Source: the human T2T-CHM13v2.0 reference genome, Homo sapiens
Direction: 5' to 3' (one strand)
Length of the DNA: 64,000 bases
Assembly: GCF_009914755.1 (NCBI RefSeq)
Contig: NC_060926.1
Part shown: positions 56,186 to 64,000 of the stretch, in pieces
Numbering within the stretch: the first letter of the stretch is position 1
Layout of the letters: each line of letters starts with the position of its first letter
The notes under the pieces: generated by a model
Databases searched by the model: none
What the model saw: the letters and a program-made list of their open reading frames with translations, nothing else
Told to the model about the DNA's origin: nothing
Translations under genes and position numbers: made by a program

Positions 56186-56719
56186 GAGGGTGTTGCTGTT
56201 AAGTTAGGCTTATATGTGACAAAAATAGTCTCCCTGCTGATAAAAAGGTGGAAGACGAAAGCTCTCTTTGGCATATTTCCAGGGGGTGAATACCCAGATT
56301 AGCAGTCCGTGAGGGGTCTGGATTCAGGGACATAGGGAGGAGGCAGTGACTGGCTCTCAGGACGCAGAGTGGAGACACTGGGTACAGTGACAGTGAATTA
56401 AGTCACAAGGGTGTAGTGACTTAGAAATGAGAAAGAGTGAAATAAAGGAGTCAATATTAGTAGAAAAAATGGAACCCAACCTTGAGTGTTGTGGCTTCTT
56501 CTTTACTCTTCAGCCTGTTCCTTCATTTGTCTTCCCATTCAACCCTGAAATCCAAAGTGGTAGATGAGAGGGGAGGGCTGGGAAAGGGGTGTGTATAGAG
56601 AGAGACATGGCTGATGTAGGGAAGTGTAGTGAGCTCAAGAGCTTGGCATTAGGAATCTCCATCACTATCACCACAGTGGATACTTTTAAGGGATGAATGC
56701 AACTGCAACAATGAAAAGT

Positions 56720-56915
56720 GTTCACATTTCCATAATACTTTACAATTTATAAAGCAGCCCACAGATATTGTCTTGTTTGTTTTGATTGTCAAACAACCTG
56801 TGAAGAAGGTATTGCCATCCCCATTTTCCAGATTAGGAGAATTGGCTCAGAAAGCAAATTTCCCAAGGACGGCAATTGGCAGAATCAGGCTCAAACCTGT
56901 GTCTTTGGACTCTAG
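56720..56915 (-). mobile_element. MIR
   Basis: catccccattttccagattaggagaattggctcaga. Confidence 0.72.
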
Positions 56916-57094
56916 GTGGAATATTGTTTTTGTTTAACTCATGGAGGGTGACTGAGGCCATCACACAGCCAGAAAACCCTGAGATGAAAACAATTGTTCA
57001 GATGCTGATGGGGGCTGGGCAAATCACCAGTATGAAGCTGTTTGGATATAGGACAACAGGGAGTGGAGGGGACTGTGGTTCAGGACTGGTAGGC

Positions 57095-57410
57095 CAACAC
57101 CCTGCTAAAGGGAGTAATCACTACTCAGCTCCAGGCGATTACTGCCAGGAAGAAATGCCAGCTTGAATTTTTTTTTTTTGGAGAGAAGCTAGAAATTCAA
57201 TTGAACAAATATTTATTGGGTGCCTACTGTGTATCAGACACTGGGGTTAAAGCAGTGAATGAAATTGATAAAAATCTCTAGATTTTCATGTGAACTTTTC
57301 CAATTTTTAAGTATTGGGAACTAACAGAAAGTTTAGAAAACATTTTTCAGGTCCAACAAAACACATCTGTGGGCCACATTTGACCTGTAGGTTGTCAGTT
57401 TGTGGCGTCC
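57095..57410. mobile_element. MER102-like hAT relic containing an L2 3' fragment (~57197-57275)
   Basis: ctactcagctccag..agagaagctagaaattc...ccaacaaaacacatctgtgggcc; inner aacaaatatttattgggtgcctactgtg. Confidence 0.55.
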
Positions 57411-57430
57411 AAAAGTTCTGATGGACTAAA

Positions 57431-57876
<446 letters not shown>

Positions 57877-58136
57877 ACCAAATGTTTTCTGAAGAGGGGA
57901 GTAGAATGGTCCAGCAGGGCCAGGGAAAAAATTGTTGACACTTCTAATCCCATTTGTTTTTTAATCTCATCCTTTAAAAAATTTCATTTTTGTGAATGCT
58001 ACATAACTGACTCATATATAGCACAGGCATATCACTTAAATATTTAAAGACATTACTTATATATATTGGGGATAAGTGATCAAAGTACTTTTATCGATAA
58101 GGGTGTGGAGCAGAAGGGTTCAAGAACCCTGGAATA

Positions 58137-58456
<320 letters not shown>

Positions 58457-59289
58457 CTAGACCCCTGGAATGGTCTTTGAAAAGCGTATATTTGCACATC
58501 CCCTACCTGAGACAGGGCTAAAGCTGTAGTCTCCAGCTTGGTGCTCAAGGGACCTCAGAAAGTGTGAGACTGGGCAGTGTGTCTATAAAAAACATTGGCT
58601 CAACCCAAACCATCCCCTTTTTCTTCCACCAGAGTACAGTCCTATGAGCAAAAACTCAGACATCTTTGAGCGATAGAAGAGACAACTGGGCCGGGGGCCA
58701 GTTCAGTGCGGACCTACATTTCAACCACCATGATGAAGGTTTGGGGCTGTTATGATCACATTTGCCTTTTACTTCTCATAATACTGAGATATACCTGTGA
58801 GAATACAGCTGTGCTAGAGAAGCCAGGACTGAGAAGTAATTTAATATTCATCCTTAAGTGTCAGGAAGGTTATTATGGGAAGGAAGGTGACAAGCTACTC
58901 CTCCCTGAGCTCAGAGCATGAAGAGATGGATGTGAACCTCTACAAATGAGACTTAGGTTACAGTCATGGAAGACATAGTGAGCTTCATCTGAGTCCTGTT
59001 CTCCAGCCTGTCTTGGACACTGTACCCCCCATCTGTTAGTAGAGTGGCAACGTGGTCTAGAAAGAGCACTGGGCAAGGAACCCCGGAGTCCTGTAGAGAC
59101 CTTTTAGCTGCCATGACCTTAGACATGCCAGATGTGTCCATTTATGGATCTCATTTTCTTCTCTTTTTTAAATAAGGAAGGTCATGGTTTATGGTCTCTG
59201 AGCTTCTTCCTTCTACTTCAACCACTGGTTCTATGCTAAGTCTAAGTGTTGGAATGTAGATACTCTTGAGTGTCTTCCTAAGCCTGAAT

Positions 59290-59742
59290 CAGTTGTCTGT
59301 AACCCAGGTCGATATACTAGCTGCTGTAGCAAACAAATCTCAAAACATACAATGGCCCATGCATGGTAGAAATTTACTTCTTGTTCACAAAAGGTCTAAA
59401 ATGTGTTTCCCTAATGAGCACGCCATTTTCCTCCAAGTGGTGATACAGGGAAGCAGGATCTTTCCTGTTTGAGGTTCTTACATCTTAGGTACTTGGCTCC
59501 AAGGGAGCCATGCTCATTTACATCGAGCTGGTGGAAGAGGAAAAAGCACTAGGCAATTGAGCCTGAGAGATTTTTAAGGACTGACTAGGAAGGGTGTGCA
59601 TTATTTCCGGTCAAATTCCACTGGTGAGAAATCACTCACATAGAAACATCTAAATACAGGAGAGCCTGGGAAAGGTAGTTCAGCTCCGTGCCCAGGAAAA
59701 AGAGGAAATGGATTTAGCCAATAGGAATCAATCTGTGCCATA
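59290..59742 (-). mobile_element. Old MLT1 (J/K-like) LTR
   Basis: ctagctgctgtagcaaacaaatctcaaa...aaatttacttcttgttcac...gcctgggaaaggtagttcagct. Confidence 0.65.
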
Positions 59743-60859
59743 GAGAGGAGAGTTTAAAGGAGAAAGTATTATGTGAATTGAAGAAGAGTAAGATTGAGGT
59801 AATGTTAATTATCTTCCTCTTTCTGAAGAGCTAGAAGTCCTCAGCTGCTGAAGGATGGCAGGGCCTGGGCTTAAAAATGTTTTCTGTCCCACAAGGAAGA
59901 GCCATGAGCAAAGACTCAAGATGCACTAGATTCTAGTTTGGTTGTCTCAAACTAGCTATGGGACTGAATATAATTTATCTGACCATTGTGCTTACAGTTT
60001 CCTCATCTGTCAATGGTAACCAAAATGCATACTCTAACTACCTAACAGAATTGTTTTAAAAGTCAGGTATAGCAACATCATGCACATTTTGTAAAAACAA
60101 AACAATGATTAAAATAGAGAATGAGTTTAAATTGCAGATGGAGAAAATTAAATTGGGTAAGGAAAAAAGAAACAACTTTCCCCATAGTGAAACAGGGAAA
60201 ATTTTTAGAGAATGTGCAAATAACTTCAAGAAATCAGTGGGAAACAATTTTGACAAGAGTGGAAAGAAAACTCCAACTGGAAAGATAGCTTGTGGGGGTC
60301 AGCACAGGAGACGTGGACTGTGGTTCTGGCACTACACGCAGATTGCTGTTTGACCTTGACTGAGTCTCTTCCCCTCTTGGGGCTTCAGTTTCCCCTTTGT
60401 GAAACAAAAGCATTGAACTAAATAATCTTGCTAGGGTCTCATTCTCAAATGTTATACTTCTGATTGTGCGCTCAATCCTGTCTGGATTCAAGGATCCAAA
60501 AGGCTTTAAGACACAGTCAATTGCCAGGCTGGCATTTCAACATGGATGTCCAAAAGGCATCTCCAGCCTCTCATGTGCATCCAAAGCCTTAGGTTGTCTT
60601 CCTTTCCCAGAAGGTTCCTCCTGCGGCACAGCCTTCCACACTTCAGGAAAAGGGCGGCTACTCTGGGGGTCCGCCTTTATCCTCAGTGCCGCACACAGCC
60701 TGCAATCCATCGACCAGCATGTCCCGTCACTCCGCCTTCAAATCTCACCTCCTTCCTGCCATCAGCTCGCACCTGTGCTGTGCACCTGCCTCACAAGGGC
60801 TCTCCTTGAGCCCACTCTCACCGCTCTCCATCTGTTCCTCACTCAGTCGTCAGGGTGAG

Positions 60860-61441
60860 CTCTTTATCCTTTCCTTCATTCAAAATCTCCCAATGGCTTC
60901 TCGTCGCATTGGGAATAAAATCAAAATCCTTGCCTTGGCCTGCGCAGGTTCTTGACCTCACCTGTAGCTCTCTCCTGCTTCTCCTGACCACCCCCGCTTT
61001 GGCCGTAGCCAGTTTGGCTGCTTTTCAGCATGTGGGGCTCAGTTTGGTCTCACGGCCATTGCACTTGCTGTGTTTGGGGCACTTTCCTTCCAGATCTTCT
61101 TCCGGTTCCTTCCTTTGCTCCATTCCCATCTCAATTCAGAGGTCCCTTCTTTCAGGAGGCTTCCTTCTCTAGCTCCTAATCCATTGACCTCTAGTTCTCC
61201 ATCCTTCTCTAGCTCCTAATCTATTGATCTCTCTCTCTCACCCTCACCCTGACTTATTTCTCCTTAAGGCACTTATCACTCCCTGACATTATTTTATTTC
61301 TTTATTTGCGTATTTTCTGTCTCTCTCCACTAAGATGTGAACTCCATCAGTGCAGAAACTTTTCCTGTCTTGTGTACAACTGTATCCCTTGTGACGTCTT
61401 GTAAGCATTCAATAAATGTTAACTAAATGAGTGAATGAATC
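60860..61441 (+). mobile_element. L2 3' end
   Basis: aaaatctcccaatggcttct...cactaagatgtgaactccat...cattcaataaatg..tgagtgaatgaat. Confidence 0.82.
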
Positions 61442-62064
61442 AAGGAGGAGAAACTGACCATAGGGCCTCTGCAGAGCAGCAAACATTCTTCCACAAATGG
61501 AGGAGAGCTGGGGACTTGGTTTTCTGGCCAGAGGTGAAGCTGGCCCATCCCCCTCCAGCCTGGAGTGCAGGCATTTGTGCAGGGCATGGGTCTCTGACAC
61601 TGCGAGCCAGTTGTCTCTGCCCCATGGCTCTGATCAGATCCAGGCACTTGGGGTTCTGTGCTTCTCTGCTTTTCTCTTTTTAGGCGGTACTTGGCTGACC
61701 TCCCAGGGGGTATAGCTGGCTTCTTCTCTAAGCCACTTGTTCTTGCTGTTAAGAAATGACTAAGCAGATTCTCCATCTCCTGGTAGCCAGCTGCCAGCCT
61801 GCGAGACTTGATGCTTTTCTGAAAGAGGGCCCTTCTTTTGCTCTGTGTTCAGAGAAAGCACGAAGCAGACATCACCATCATTGCCTCCTTTGCAATGGCC
61901 TGACTCACCTCCTCTTGGTGTGTGGCTCTAGGCTGACCCCCACAAGGAAGAGGGAGGCAGAAATTGGTATGATTACTACCCTCAGGACTCAGCGTCCAAG
62001 TCCTGCTGGATATTAGAGAATGACTGGTTGAGAATATTCAGATGGTGACCTAATCATACCGGCA

Positions 62065-62270
62065 CCATTTTTACTGACAGATTGCTAAGTGCCAGGCAGC
62101 ATGCTAACCTCCCTAGGTACCTTAGCTCATTTGATTCTTGCAATCACCTTGTGAGGTAAGTACTGTGACTTTATAGGTGAGGAAATGGAGGCAAAGGAAA
62201 GTTGAGGAACTTGCCCAAGGTCATATGGCTCAGCAGCGGCGGCTGCATAGAAGCACAGGACCCTGTTTTC
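62065..62270 (-). mobile_element. MIR
   Basis: tttataggtgaggaaatggaggc..gaacttgcccaaggtcatatggc. Confidence 0.78.
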
Positions 62271-62904
62271 AATATGCTTGCCTGTCTTGTCCAGGGTGCT
62301 TCTACACAGTGCTGCACAGGCAGCTCCTAAAGCTGCGTGCAGCAGGAGCACAAAGAAAACCCCAAGTAATTCTTCCGAGGGTCTCTGCCGCCACCTCCTT
62401 AGTTTACTTCAGGAAGACCTCTGCCAAGTTCAGTGTGAAATTAACAAATTTAATGTGAAAAACTGGTTTAGAAGTGAAATGGATTGTGGACTACTGGGTA
62501 TAAATAAAACTAGAAAGAACTTTGCAGAATCATTTATACGTTGACATTTATTGCAAATCATCAGGAGAGTGGTGTATCAAACTGTCATTCCTAAGTTTAA
62601 TTGACCAGGGAATATGTTTTTTTTTCCCCTTAGGAGTATCTTAGGGGCTAGAGTTCCAAGAACACTCTTCAGAAATTGCTGAACTGTGCAGATATACCCA
62701 CTGACCTATAAAGATGCCTTGGGCATTCCTCTTTCTATTCCTTTGCCCACCCCACTTTCTCCATCTGGAATCCATCCTCTGTCTGTCCATAGATCCGTCC
62801 ATCCATCCAGTAAACATCTACTGTGTTCCAGGCACTATACAAGGTGCTTTCTCCTAAGTCATCTTGTTAATTTTTGCCACAGCCCCATTCCATAGATAAA
62901 GAGG

Positions 62905-63286
62905 TGATAGAGACAGGAGACAGACAAGGGTCCCTGGCGAAAACCCACCTAAAACCTAAAACAATCCTGAAGGCTGAAAAACCGGACTGCTGGTCCTGGA
63001 TGAAGTCCACCCTTTCCTGATTGGTTCTGTCTGAATAATGCGCACCAAAGGAAGCAGGTGGAGCAGGGAGGAGGAGTCTGGCCTCTTCAGTTCCTATGTA
63101 GTGGCCTGGGATTCAGTCTGCAAGGTGCGGGCCTGCTAGCAGGACTCTCTCGCTTTGCTGAGAGTTCCTCTTTCCTTTTTCCTTTTTCACCCAATAAACC
63201 CTTCCTCGCATCTCACCCTACAATGTGTCCGTGAGCCTAAATTTTCCGAGTAGTGTGAAAAGAACCTGTTTTTTTTTCCTGCAACA
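62905..63286 (+). mobile_element. ERV1 solo LTR (LTR27/LTR28-like) inserted in a MIR
   Basis: TG(ATAGAGACAGG)...(CTGCAA)CA ends; 4-bp TSD gagg at 62901-62904 and 63287-63290; AATAAA at 63193-63198; ATTGG at ~63020. Confidence 0.85.
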
Positions 63287-63619
63287 GAGGCAACATATCA
63301 GCAGACCACAAAGCTGGACAGTGAAAGGGCTGGGATTAGAATCCAAATTTCCCAATCCGGATTCCAGATTTTTTTTTCTTCTATTCTTCAGTTTTTTGTC
63401 CTGTAGTTGCTTATTCATATTTTCTCAATTTGTCAAAATCCTAACTCAAACTTCGTTTCCTTCAGAAATTCATGTTTCCCTTTCTTCCTATGTGCTATGC
63501 ACAGAGAAACTTCTCCGTCTTCTAAACCCCCTCCAGACCATCTCTATCCAGATTTGGCACCCACTTCATCAGGTTCCCGGTTAAGAAGTGAGTGTGTGTG
63601 TGTGGGTGTCTTGGATCTC

Positions 63620-63835
63620 CAGTGGTGTGTAAGCCAAGCACTTGGCACACATCATCTTTACTTGACACATCAGCCTTGTGGGAGAGGTACCATTACACTC
63701 ATTTTGTAGATGACAGAACTGATGCACGACGAGGTTCAGGCACTTGCCCAACATCACCAAGCAAGTCAGTGATGAAGCTAGGATTTGAGCCTCAGTCTTC
63801 TGGCCCCAGAATCCACATTCCTTCCACTATTCTAT
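63620..63835 (-). mobile_element. MIR
   Basis: ctcattttgtagatgacagaactga...ggatttgagcctcagtcttctggccccaga. Confidence 0.78.
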
Positions 63836-64000
63836 GCTGAACCCCTTGTTGAGCCCCTAGTTTCATAGCTGAGAAACTGAGGCCCATGGAAGGACAGTGG
63901 CTAGCCCCGAATCCCACAGCTGTGAATAGCCGTGCTAATACCACGTGCAAAGGCTCACATCCGGGAACCTTTCTTCTCCAGCAGGCTGCCTCCCCAGGTC

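Overview
Primate (most likely human) intergenic or intronic DNA, roughly half of it interspersed repeats: Alu, L1M, L2, MIR, MLT1/MST, LTR16/ERV-L, an ERV1 solo LTR and hAT/mariner MITEs. I find no intact protein-coding gene; the ORF track is explained by repeats, low-complexity tracts and chance. Three minus-strand pseudogenes are clear: RPL31 (~20.1-20.6 kb), 5S rRNA (~27.9-28.0 kb) and FABP5 (~39.9-40.6 kb). From memory only, this order matches the RPL31P14/RNA5SP120/FABP5P14 interval at 2q35 between IGFBP5 and TNP1; this is unverified. I cannot support a new biological system here. The best second-look items are: an L1-retroposed, polyadenylated ERV-LTR R-region fragment with a TSD (12.9 kb); an ERV-L relic with RT joined directly to dUTPase (51.6-52.9 kb); template-switch palindromes (1.3 kb, 6.8 kb); a perfect DR4 element (16.36 kb); a CA-rich tract with hidden higher-order periodicity next to a CpG-rich island (43-45 kb); and stacked insertions at both mRNA pseudogenes. 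Repeat subfamily names come from recalled consensus sequences, and boundaries of old repeats are approximate.
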